DNA from: Elusimicrobiota bacterium
Lineage (GTDB): Bacteria > Elusimicrobiota > Elusimicrobia > UBA1565
Assembly: GCA_043819795.1 (NCBI GenBank)
Contig: JBDREN010000208.1
Location: forward strand, 1-32,309
Reading direction: 5' to 3'
Length of the DNA stretch: 32,309 nucleotides
Position 1 is the first letter of the stretch. The number at the start of each line of letters is the position of its first letter. The notes below the pieces were generated by a model that had not been told where the DNA came from, ran no database searches, and was given only the letters and a program-made list of their open reading frames with translations. Shown one piece after another: positions 1 to 8,513 of the stretch. A program made the translations under genes and the position numbers.

Positions 1-726
1 CGGCTGGACCCGACGGGCTGCGGGCCCGCGGGGTCCTGGGCGGCGAAGCATCTTTGCTGGCGGGCGGAGGCGGCCATGTTCCGCGGGGACGTCCGCGCGG
101 CGTTCCGGGGCATGGGGGAAGCCCTGCGGCTCAGCGGCGGAGCGCCCTGGGTCCGGGCCTGGCGAGGCCAGATGGAGCTTTGGTGCGGCCGCTACGACCG
201 GGCCTTGACCGACCTGGAGCGGGCCCTGCGAGACGGCGGCAGCGACTGGGCGCACGGCTCGAAGGGCTGGACGCTGGGCTGGCGCGGCCTGGCCAAGCTC
301 AAGCTCGAGCGGGCCGCCGAAGCCGTGCGCGATTTCAAGCGGGCCCTGGAGCTGAAGCCGAAGGACCCGGAGTCCCATGCCGGCATGGTCGAGGCACTTT
401 GGCGGCTGGGCCGCGAGGATCGGGCCCGCCGCGCTTTGGCGCCCGCCCGGAGGGCCGCGCCGGGCTCGGTGTGGCCGCACGTTCTGGCCTCGGTCCTCGC
501 CGGAGACCGCGCCGCGGTCCACTGGAGGCGGGCGGCGCGGATCTGCCCGGCGCTGGCGGCCTACGTCGCTGAGCGTGTGGGGGAGGGGCGCCCGCGCGCC
601 GCGGCCGAGGCGGCGCTCGACCTGTGCGCCGGCAACCGGACGCTGCAGCCGAGCGCGGTCCAGGGTCGCGGCGCGTCCGTCAAGGTCGTGGCCTTGTGGC
701 GGGTCGCGGCGGGGAGAAAACGGTAG
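1..726 (+). CDS. Trp-rich tetratricopeptide repeat protein, 5'-partial
   Basis: Frame 1 is open from base 1 (RLDPTGCG...CWRAEAAMFRG) to TAG 724-726. TPR-like units AWRGQMELWCGRYDRALTDLERAL and DFKRALELKPKDPESHAGM are present. Confidence 0.85.
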   Translation, partial: RLDPTGCGPAGSWAAKHLCWRAEAAMFRGDVRAAFRGMGEALRLSGGAPWVRAWRGQMELWCGRYDRALTDLERALRDGGSDWAHGSKGWTLGWRGLAKLKLERAAEAVRDFKRALELKPKDPESHAGMVEALWRLGREDRARRALAPARRAAPGSVWPHVLASVLAGDRAAVHWRRAARICPALAAYVAERVGEGRPRAAAEAALDLCAGNRTLQPSAVQGRGASVKVVALWRVAAGRKR

Positions 727-745
727 AGGAGTCTTCGAGGAAGCT

Positions 746-3700
746 ATGACGAACGCGGATAAACACTTTCTTGCGGCGAAGAAGAAGCACGAGGAGCGCT
801 TCGGCGACCAGATCGTCGTGGGCCTGGACCAGCTTACGCCGATCGACGCCAAGCATTGGGGCGGCTACTGCATGTGGCGGGTGCTGTGGTACGACCCGTA
901 CCGCCACGGCCGCGCCGTATTCGACCTCGATAAGGTCCTCGCCCAGCGGCCGCGGGACGTCGAGGCCCTGGCCCTGCGCGGCCGGATCCGCCGGATCCTG
1001 GGCGATCTCAAGGGGGCGCTGGGAGATTTTAAGAAGGCGCTGACGATCAGCCCCAACCACGCCTACGCCCGGGCCGCCTTGGCCGAGACCAAGATGGCCT
1101 GCGGCGAGCAGACCTCGGGGATGCAGGAGTTCGCGCGCGCCGAGAAGGCGGACCCGAAGCTGCTTTGGACCTACATCTGGCGCGCCTCCTGGGAGATGAG
1201 CGAGGAGGACCTCGAGGGAGCGGAGCGGGACGTCGCCATCGCCCGCGGGATGGGGCACGAGACCGTCATCGAGTACATCCTCGAGGGACTGCTCGCCATG
1301 AGGCGCCGGCAGTACAAGAAGGCCATCGACATCTACCGCCGCGCCAACAAGATGGACCCCGAGTCCCCCGGGGTCGTGATCATGCAGGGCGAGGCGAAGC
1401 TGCGCTCGGGCGACGAGAAGGGCGCGGGCGAGCTCTACGAGCGGGCCATCGTGATGGACCACGACTGCAAGGTGTCCTATCACACCTTCCTCGACTGCGG
1501 GGAGCCCCCGCAGGACGAGAGGGGGCTCAAGATCTTCGACGAGGCGCTCAAGAAGCGCCCGAAGGCCGCGTGGCTCTACGGCCTGCGCAGTGAGATCCTG
1601 CGCATGCCCAAGCTCGCGGCCTACCGCGAGTCCGTCTACGACCTGGAGAAGGCCGTGGAGCTCGCGCCCAAGAGCTCATGGCTGATGTCGTTTCTCGGGC
1701 GCGGCTACGCCCAGACCGGCCGGCTGGAGAAAGGGGTGGAATGCCTCAACAAGGCCGTGGAGCTCGACCCCAAGTGCGGCTGGGTGATCGCCTGGCGCGG
1801 GGAGGCCCTGCGCATCATGGGCGACCTCAAGCAGGCTATCAGCGACTTGACCGCCTCGATCCGGTTGGAGCGGCGCTACATGTACGCCTACCCGTGGCGG
1901 GGCGGGATCTTCCGCCTGCTCGAGCGCGTGGACGACGCCCTCGACGACCTCGATGCCGGCATGGACCTGCACCCCCGCTACCACCACACCTACCACCAGC
2001 GGGCCATCGCCAGGCTCTACGCGGGGATGGGCAAGCTCGCCATGCAGGACATGGAGCAGGCGGCGCGTTACCTGCCCAAGTACGCCTTCATCATGGGGCG
2101 CCTCAAGGGGCGCGAGAAGGAGTCGGCGCGCATCATGCGCGGGCTCGGCGAGGCGGTCAAGAAGAACCCCCGCGACGCCCGGCCCCTGGCCTGGCGCGGC
2201 GAGTCGCTGATGAAGCTCGGCGACTGGGAGGGCGCGGTCAAGGACCTTACGGCCGCGCTCAAGCGCGACCCCGAGATGGGCTGGGCCCACGCCTGGCGCG
2301 GGGAGGCGAACTTCAAGCTGGGACGCTGGGCCGGCGCGCTCGCCGACCTCGAGGAGGCGACGCGTCTCGACTCGACGTATCACCGCGCCTGGGCGTTTCG
2401 GGGCGCCGCGCTCTACCGGCTCGGGCGCCACAAGGAGGCCATCGAGGCGCTCGACATGTCCATGAAGCTCGACACGCGCTCGGCGTGGGCGTGGGCCTGG
2501 CGCGGCGAGGTCAAGCTGCGGCTCGGCGACTTCGAGGGCGCTCTCGCCGACGTGGACAAGGCCCTGAACTTCGAGATGAACTTCGTGGAGGCGCTCGTCT
2601 GGCGCGGCGACGCGCTCAAGGGCCTGGGCCGCTTCGAGGAGGCCATGACCGCGGTGAACCGGGCTCTGGAGCTCAACCCCGACCACGCGATCGGCTACAT
2701 CACGCGGGCGCTCATCAAGGAGAAGCTCGGCGACTTCTTCGGGGAGATGCTCGACTTCGCGCGCGCGCTGAAGAGCTCCCCCGACCTCCTCGACAAGTCC
2801 GCCCGGGAGACCCTTCGCGGGCAGCTTCTGGCCACGGCCGCCAAGGCGCTCGACGCGGGCGACGACAAGACCGCGCTCACGGCCGCCGAGGCCCTGGCCG
2901 GCATCGATCCGGAATGCGCGCAGGCCCATGCGGCGGTGTGCGAGGCCAAGCGCCGGCTCAAGGAAGAAGGCGCGCTGGAGGCGCTGGACAAGGCCCACGC
3001 GGGCAACGAGTACGGCGTGTGGTGCTACCTGGCCGGTCAATGGGAGAGCTTCGAGGACCTGTTCGGCCGGTTCGAGAGCGGGCCCGGCGGCCTGGGCCAG
3101 CGGACGATCCTGGGGCCGGACACCTACGAGCGCATCCTTTCGGAGACCGATCGTCTCATGAAGGGAGCGGAGGCCCGCGCCTGGGTCCACGGCCTTCGGG
3201 GGGAGGCCCGCTTCAAGACAGGGGACCTGGCCGGAGCCGTCGACGATTTGACCCGAGCGCTGAAGGCGCGGCCGGAGGACGCGAAGGCCTTGGCCTGGCG
3301 CGGCGAGGCGCGCTACTGGCGGGGGGACCGGAAAGGGGCCCTCGCCGACTTCGACAAGGCGGTCGCGCTCGAGCCCGGGTCGGCGTGGGCGCTGGCCTGG
3401 CGGGGCCAGCTCAAGCTTTGGATGGGACGCTACAAGGACGCGGCGAAGGACTTCACCGCGGCCCTCAAGCGCGACCCCAAGCACGCCTGGTCCTACGGCT
3501 GGCGCGGAGCGAGCAGGATGTGCCAGGGCGACATCCGGAAGGCTTTGCCGGACCTGGACCGCGCGCTCAAGCTCGATCCGCGCGACGTGGAGGCCCGGGT
3601 GTGGCGCGGCGAGGCGTACCGGCTGCTCGGCAAGCACGAGCGGGCCCTGACGGACCTCGACGAGGCGGTCCGGCTCTCGCCCGGGCAGTTCTGGGCGTTG

Positions 3701-3889
3701 CTCAACCGCTTCCTGGCCAACCAGGCGCTGGGCCGGAGCGACCAGGCCCGCCGCGACCTCGCCTCGGCGTCGCGGATCGGGAACGGGCGCAGGCTGCCCG
3801 GAAAGGACATGAAACAGGCCGCGGCCGCGGCCGAGCGGATGCTGGCGGAGGCCCGGGGAAGCCGGACCGAACCCGGCGTAGGAGCATGA
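746..3889 (+). CDS. Large Trp-rich TPR protein (TPR-A1), 1047 aa
   Basis: Start moved from 377 to ATG 746 (MTNADKHF): GAGGA lies just upstream and the homology to TPR-A2 begins here. Many ~34-aa repeats such as AWAWRGEVKLRLGDFEGALADVDKALNFE. No signal peptide. Confidence 0.9.
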   Translation: MTNADKHFLAAKKKHEERFGDQIVVGLDQLTPIDAKHWGGYCMWRVLWYDPYRHGRAVFDLDKVLAQRPRDVEALALRGRIRRILGDLKGALGDFKKALTISPNHAYARAALAETKMACGEQTSGMQEFARAEKADPKLLWTYIWRASWEMSEEDLEGAERDVAIARGMGHETVIEYILEGLLAMRRRQYKKAIDIYRRANKMDPESPGVVIMQGEAKLRSGDEKGAGELYERAIVMDHDCKVSYHTFLDCGEPPQDERGLKIFDEALKKRPKAAWLYGLRSEILRMPKLAAYRESVYDLEKAVELAPKSSWLMSFLGRGYAQTGRLEKGVECLNKAVELDPKCGWVIAWRGEALRIMGDLKQAISDLTASIRLERRYMYAYPWRGGIFRLLERVDDALDDLDAGMDLHPRYHHTYHQRAIARLYAGMGKLAMQDMEQAARYLPKYAFIMGRLKGREKESARIMRGLGEAVKKNPRDARPLAWRGESLMKLGDWEGAVKDLTAALKRDPEMGWAHAWRGEANFKLGRWAGALADLEEATRLDSTYHRAWAFRGAALYRLGRHKEAIEALDMSMKLDTRSAWAWAWRGEVKLRLGDFEGALADVDKALNFEMNFVEALVWRGDALKGLGRFEEAMTAVNRALELNPDHAIGYITRALIKEKLGDFFGEMLDFARALKSSPDLLDKSARETLRGQLLATAAKALDAGDDKTALTAAEALAGIDPECAQAHAAVCEAKRRLKEEGALEALDKAHAGNEYGVWCYLAGQWESFEDLFGRFESGPGGLGQRTILGPDTYERILSETDRLMKGAEARAWVHGLRGEARFKTGDLAGAVDDLTRALKARPEDAKALAWRGEARYWRGDRKGALADFDKAVALEPGSAWALAWRGQLKLWMGRYKDAAKDFTAALKRDPKHAWSYGWRGASRMCQGDIRKALPDLDRALKLDPRDVEARVWRGEAYRLLGKHERALTDLDEAVRLSPGQFWALLNRFLANQALGRSDQARRDLASASRIGNGRRLPGKDMKQAAAAAERMLAEARGSRTEPGVGA

Positions 3890-6114
3890 TCATGGGGAAA
3901 AAGAGAAAGAAGTCTGCGGAGCTCAAGGCGGTGGAGCGTAAGCTCATGGCGCGCGGCGTCTTCGGCACGGCCGCGTACCTCCCGGACGTCCTCAACCTGG
4001 ACCAGAGGCTGTATCTGGGATACACGATACCGCACGGCCAGCAGTACGACCTGGGCCGCTACGACGCGGAGCTGGAGGTCCTCAACCGGCTCATCAAGAG
4101 GTCGCCCAACGACGCGCGGCCCTTCGCGCTGCGGGGCAGGATCCGGCGCCACTTGATGCGCAAGCATGACGCCCTCGCGGACCTCGACCGGGCCGTGGAG
4201 CTGGACCCGGAGGACGCCCAGTCCTACGGGTGGCGCGGCGAGCTGTTGCTGGCCCTGGGCCGCTTCAACCTGGGCATGCAGGACCTGGAGAACGCCCGGA
4301 ACCTGGACCCCAAGTGGGTCTGGCCGTATATATGGGCCGCGATCGGCTGGCTGCTCCGCAACGAGATCGAGCCCAGCCTGGAGCTTCTCGATAAGGCGCT
4401 GCGGATCGATCCGGACTGCGGCTTGGCCCTCATACTGCGGGGCCGGGTGCGCCTGCAGCAAAAGAAGCCGCAGGAGGCGTACCCCGACCTCAAGCGCGCG
4501 ACCGAGCTCGACCCCAAGTGCATCGCGGCCCACGGATGCAAGGGCGTGGCGCTGGCGGCCATGGGGGACACCGAAGGGGCCGTGGCGGCGTTCACCGACG
4601 CGACCTACCTCGAGCCCGACGCGAAGACCTTTCACGACATCCTGATCTCCCACGACGGCCTGCTGGAGAACAGCCGGGAGTCGCTCGAGAAGCTCAACGC
4701 CTACATCAAGAAGCATCCCAAGGCCGCGTGGGCCTACACCCTTCGCGGCGACCTCATTCGCAACGCGCGTTTCGGCCGCTACGAGGACGGCATCAAGGAC
4801 CACCTGAAGGCAACGAGCCTCGAGCCCCATAAGTCGTGGCTCTGGGCGTGCCTCGCGCGCGCGCGCATCCAGTATTTCTACGTCAAAGAAGGGCTCAAGG
4901 ACATGGAGAAGGCCTGCGAGATCGATCCCGAATGCCCGTGGCTGCTCATGTGGCTGGGTGAGTCCAGGAGGCGCGACGGACAGTTCCGGGCGGCCATCAA
5001 GGACTTCAACGACACCATCAAGATGCAGCCGGACCTGCCCATGGTCTGGCTGTGGCGGGGCCGCATCCACAACGAGAAGGGGCGCTACCATCTGGCCATC
5101 AAGGACTTCGACCAGGCCATCCGCCTGGACCCGGCCTACGGGTACGCCTACGCCAAGCGGGGCGAGTCCCTGATGAATCTCGAGCGCTACCACGAAGCCG
5201 TGCGCGAATTCGATTGGGCGCTCAACACCCGCCTGCCCAACAACCATGAATGGGTGTTCGGGATGCGCGCGCGGGCCCGCTACGAGACGGGCGACTATCT
5301 GGGGATGTTCGAGGACATCTCCCGGACGCTAAAGCGGGACATCAAGCTCTGCTGGTTCCCGCTCGAGTACACGGCGAGCGTGGAGGACCCTAAGTGCTGG
5401 GAGATCCACCAGACGATCAGCGAGGCCCTGGCCCAGGACTCGAACGCCACCTGGCTCTACGGCTGGCGGGGCGCGGTCAAGCTGGCGCTGAACAAGCCCC
5501 TGGAAGGCGCGGCGGACCTGAGCCTCGCGATCCAGTGCGCCCCCACCTTCGCCTGGCCTCACGCCTGGCGCGGGCGCCTGTACTGGCAGACGGGCCGCAT
5601 GAAGGAAGCGGAGCGCGATCTGAAGGAAGCCGCGCGGCTCGACCCCACGTGCTCCTGGATCCACGGCTGGCTGGCCGAGCTCTACGTGACGTGCGGCGCG
5701 TTCCGGCAGGCCGTCGACGAGGCCACCACGGCGCTGCAGCTGTGGCCCAAGCTCGTGGACGCCTACTACGTCCGCGGGGAGGCCCTGCGCTGCCTCAAGC
5801 GCTACGATGAGGCCAAGCTGGACCTCGGCCGGGCCATCGCGATGAACCACCACCACAAGCTCGCCTTCGTCAGCCGGGCCATCCTGCACGGGGAGACCGG
5901 GGACCACCAGGCCCAGATCCAGGACTTCCGCCGGCTGGCGCAGTTCGCCCCCGAGATGCTCCGCAAGACCCTGGACCAGCTCGAGGTCATCGGCGGCAAC
6001 GCTAGGGTGAAGGTCACCCTCGAGCAGATACTGATGCAGGGGTCCGTGGCCACGCCGCCCGGGTTCGGAGGCAGGGAGCAGGCGGGCCAGCCCCCAAGGG
6101 GAGGAAGGGTATGA
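3886..6114 (+). CDS. Trp-rich TPR protein (TPR-B1), about 742 aa
   Basis: Start moved from 1678 to ATG 3886, an ATGA overlap with the upstream stop. ATG 3892 is an alternative, better spaced from AGGAG 3880-3884. Tandem TPRs, colinear with 16654-18867. Confidence 0.9.
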   Translation: MIMGKKRKKSAELKAVERKLMARGVFGTAAYLPDVLNLDQRLYLGYTIPHGQQYDLGRYDAELEVLNRLIKRSPNDARPFALRGRIRRHLMRKHDALADLDRAVELDPEDAQSYGWRGELLLALGRFNLGMQDLENARNLDPKWVWPYIWAAIGWLLRNEIEPSLELLDKALRIDPDCGLALILRGRVRLQQKKPQEAYPDLKRATELDPKCIAAHGCKGVALAAMGDTEGAVAAFTDATYLEPDAKTFHDILISHDGLLENSRESLEKLNAYIKKHPKAAWAYTLRGDLIRNARFGRYEDGIKDHLKATSLEPHKSWLWACLARARIQYFYVKEGLKDMEKACEIDPECPWLLMWLGESRRRDGQFRAAIKDFNDTIKMQPDLPMVWLWRGRIHNEKGRYHLAIKDFDQAIRLDPAYGYAYAKRGESLMNLERYHEAVREFDWALNTRLPNNHEWVFGMRARARYETGDYLGMFEDISRTLKRDIKLCWFPLEYTASVEDPKCWEIHQTISEALAQDSNATWLYGWRGAVKLALNKPLEGAADLSLAIQCAPTFAWPHAWRGRLYWQTGRMKEAERDLKEAARLDPTCSWIHGWLAELYVTCGAFRQAVDEATTALQLWPKLVDAYYVRGEALRCLKRYDEAKLDLGRAIAMNHHHKLAFVSRAILHGETGDHQAQIQDFRRLAQFAPEMLRKTLDQLEVIGGNARVKVTLEQILMQGSVATPPGFGGREQAGQPPRGGRV

Positions 6115-8513
6115 GGCCTTCGCAAGAGCTCGCACGGATCGTCGGCGCCTCGCGCGTCTCGACGGCGCCCGACGTCATCACGGAGTTCTCCCGCGACTTC
6201 GCGGGCCACGACCTGGGCCGGGCGATCGCGGTCGTGCGGCCGGCCACCGAGCAGCACGTGGTCCAGCTCGTCCAGTGGGCGCGCAGGACCAAGATCCCGC
6301 TGGTCGCGGTCGGCTCGCGCTCGAGCTTCTGGGCCGCCACGAAGGTGGGCGGGCGCGTGGCGGTGGACGTGCGCGGCATGACCAAGGTGATCAACATCGA
6401 TAAGACCGAGCTCATCCTGCGCGCGCAGGGCGGCATCCAGCTGGCCGACCTCGACGACATGCTCCGCGCGCAGGGGCTGTGCCTGCCGATGGTGCCCGAC
6501 GGCTTCGGCGACCCCGTGATCGCCACGTTGGTGAGCAATAACGCCATCACCGGGCTCGGCATGTTCGGCGGCGGGATCTCGCCCATGATCGTCTCGGCCA
6601 ACATCGTGCTGGGGACCGGGGAGGTCCTGAAGGCGGGGTCGTCCTCCGCGGTCTCGGGGCTGCATGACTTCGCCCGCAACGGCCTTCCCGACCTGCTGGG
6701 CCTCTTCTTCACTTCCGAGGGCGCGCTCGGGATCATCACCGAGCTGTCCATGCGCTTCGCGCCCGTCCCGGAGACCCGCACGCTGGCCATGAGCTTCGAG
6801 CCCTGCCTGGAGAACTACCGCAGGGCGAAGTCCGCGGTGATGTCTTTGCGCGGCGAGGATACCGTCTCGTACTGGCGCAACCACTCCTGGATCTCGGGGG
6901 ACCCCGACACCGTGGAGATCCAGGTGACGGGAAAGCCGGAGGAGATGGGCGCAAAGGTCCGCCGGCTGCAGCGGGTCTGCCGGGACCACGGCCTGCAGGA
7001 GCCCCAGCTGCTCCTCAACGAGCCTCCGCGCTGGGAGGAGCGCCCACTTAATAAGGAAAATTGGATGGGCTGCTCCATGCATTTCCCCTACGCGAACGCG
7101 GAGAAGCTCTATTCCATCTGGCTCAATTACATGCGGCCCCGCATGTCCGTCTTCGCGTCGCCCGACGGCTTTCTGAGGAACTACTTCAGCGCGGCCGGCG
7201 TGGCGGGCCTGTTCGCTTGGAACTACCGGGACGGCGAGCCCATGGAGTCGGCCAGCAGGGCCCTGGCGCGCGAGGCGCGCAAGCGCATGGCGCCGCTGGG
7301 CATCCCGTACCGCGTCGGGACGGCGTGGCGGCCCATCCTGGAGCGGCGGCTCGATCCCCTGTATTGCCGTCTTCTCGAGCGGCTCAAGAATATGTTCGAT
7401 CCGGACAACATCCTGAACCCGAACGTGGGATCTTTCGGAATAGCGCCCGCGCCGGCCAACGGCGCGCGTCCCGCGCGCAAGGCCGCCAAGCCCATCGAGC
7501 CTCGCGCCGAGGTCCAGGGCTATCCGCTCCGGCGGCCCTCCGGTACGTTCCGGACCGGCCGGCCCATGGGCACGGGGCTGGAAGCCCTGCTGCGCGAGCA
7601 GTACAAGTCCGAGAAGAGCGGGAAGGGGGGGCCAGCGGTGTCCAAGCCGGGACGCCCGGCCCTGCCTCCGGAGAGCTGGACCGAAGGACAGAGAGAGCCC
7701 CGGAGGCCCGCTCAGCGGCCCGCCCGGGCTCGGGCCCGGACGCTTCCCATGGAGGAAGGGGGCAGGCCCACCTTCCAGGCGCTTTTGGAGAGCAGGCTGG
7801 CCGAGAAGGACGTGCTCCCGGGCCAGCGGCCCCGCGCCGCGCGTCCGGCCAAGGCTCCGGCGCGCGCCCGGCGCGCCAAGACGGGACCGGCCGGCGAGCT
7901 CGAGCGTCCGGAAAAAGAGCCGATGCTGCCGGCTCCCATCGCGGCCGTCCCTCCGGCGGCCCGGCCTCCGTATAAGGTCGCGGTTGAGGACGATCTGGCG
8001 AGCGAGGTCCCCAGCCCGGCAAGGCGGCCCGCCCCGGCCCGGCGTAAACCGGCTCGCGGTCCCGCCCGGAAGGCGGCCACGGGGCGGGTCCGTTCAAAAC
8101 CCTCGCCTAAGCCGGTCGAGGAGACTGCGCTTCCCCCGATGCCGGGCTATTACGAGGAGAGGAAGCTGTTCGGCGGGGTCGCGCGTCCCTCCGCGCCCGA
8201 GCCGGCAAAGCTTCCGGCGGGCAAGCCTCGCCGTCCGGCGCCCGCCAAGGCGCGTCCCAAGGCCGCCAAGCGAGCCGTGCGTGAGCCGTCGAAGCGGCCC
8301 TCCATGTTCGTGCGCCTAGGCGGGGGCGACGGGGCCTCCCGTCCCGCGCCGGTCAAGCCGGCGGTCAAGGCGCCGCGTCCGCGCAAGGCCGCGAAGCGCG
8401 CGCGGCGCCAGAAGGCCGGGACCGGCGAGAAGATGCTCGATCGCCTCTGGGTCTTGATGACCGGGCATCACATCAAGACCCGCCGCAAGAGCCGCCGGAG
8501 GAAGCGCCGGTGA
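6111..8513 (+). CDS. FAD-binding oxidoreductase (FAD_binding_4 / VAO-PCMH fold) with ~355-aa basic low-complexity C-terminal tail (FAD-1)
   Basis: Motifs AVVRPATEQHV, VAVDVRGMTKVI, VLGTGEVL, SEGALGIITE and LKNMFDPDNILNP. ATGA overlap with TPR-B1. P/A/R/K-rich tail after about 7440. Substrate unknown. Confidence 0.88.
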   Translation: MRPSQELARIVGASRVSTAPDVITEFSRDFAGHDLGRAIAVVRPATEQHVVQLVQWARRTKIPLVAVGSRSSFWAATKVGGRVAVDVRGMTKVINIDKTELILRAQGGIQLADLDDMLRAQGLCLPMVPDGFGDPVIATLVSNNAITGLGMFGGGISPMIVSANIVLGTGEVLKAGSSSAVSGLHDFARNGLPDLLGLFFTSEGALGIITELSMRFAPVPETRTLAMSFEPCLENYRRAKSAVMSLRGEDTVSYWRNHSWISGDPDTVEIQVTGKPEEMGAKVRRLQRVCRDHGLQEPQLLLNEPPRWEERPLNKENWMGCSMHFPYANAEKLYSIWLNYMRPRMSVFASPDGFLRNYFSAAGVAGLFAWNYRDGEPMESASRALAREARKRMAPLGIPYRVGTAWRPILERRLDPLYCRLLERLKNMFDPDNILNPNVGSFGIAPAPANGARPARKAAKPIEPRAEVQGYPLRRPSGTFRTGRPMGTGLEALLREQYKSEKSGKGGPAVSKPGRPALPPESWTEGQREPRRPAQRPARARARTLPMEEGGRPTFQALLESRLAEKDVLPGQRPRAARPAKAPARARRAKTGPAGELERPEKEPMLPAPIAAVPPAARPPYKVAVEDDLASEVPSPARRPAPARRKPARGPARKAATGRVRSKPSPKPVEETALPPMPGYYEERKLFGGVARPSAPEPAKLPAGKPRRPAPAKARPKAAKRAVREPSKRPSMFVRLGGGDGASRPAPVKPAVKAPRPRKAAKRARRQKAGTGEKMLDRLWVLMTGHHIKTRRKSRRRKRR

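Noticed and set aside
377..745. N-terminal extensions of ORF-track calls (377, 1678, 10561, 14127, 18411, 20836, 26031, 28951 and 26058 on the minus strand)
   Set aside because: They overlap better-supported genes or promoters and read as R/P/G/A-rich off-frame sequence. Downstream starts have RBSs, coupling overlaps or paralog support.
1678..3885. Apparent 736-codon overprinted frame fused to TPR-B1
   Set aside because: The translation is typical alternative-frame sequence in high-GC coding DNA, and paralog B2 has no equivalent.
6111..8513. Assigning glcD or dld to the flavoenzymes
   Set aside because: The diagnostic His/Glu motifs are absent and no glcE/glcF or ETF genes are nearby.
8480..8513. 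Eukaryotic nuclear localisation signal implying a host-targeted effector
   Set aside because: No secretion signal or apparatus is visible, and polybasic ends occur in ordinary bacterial proteins.
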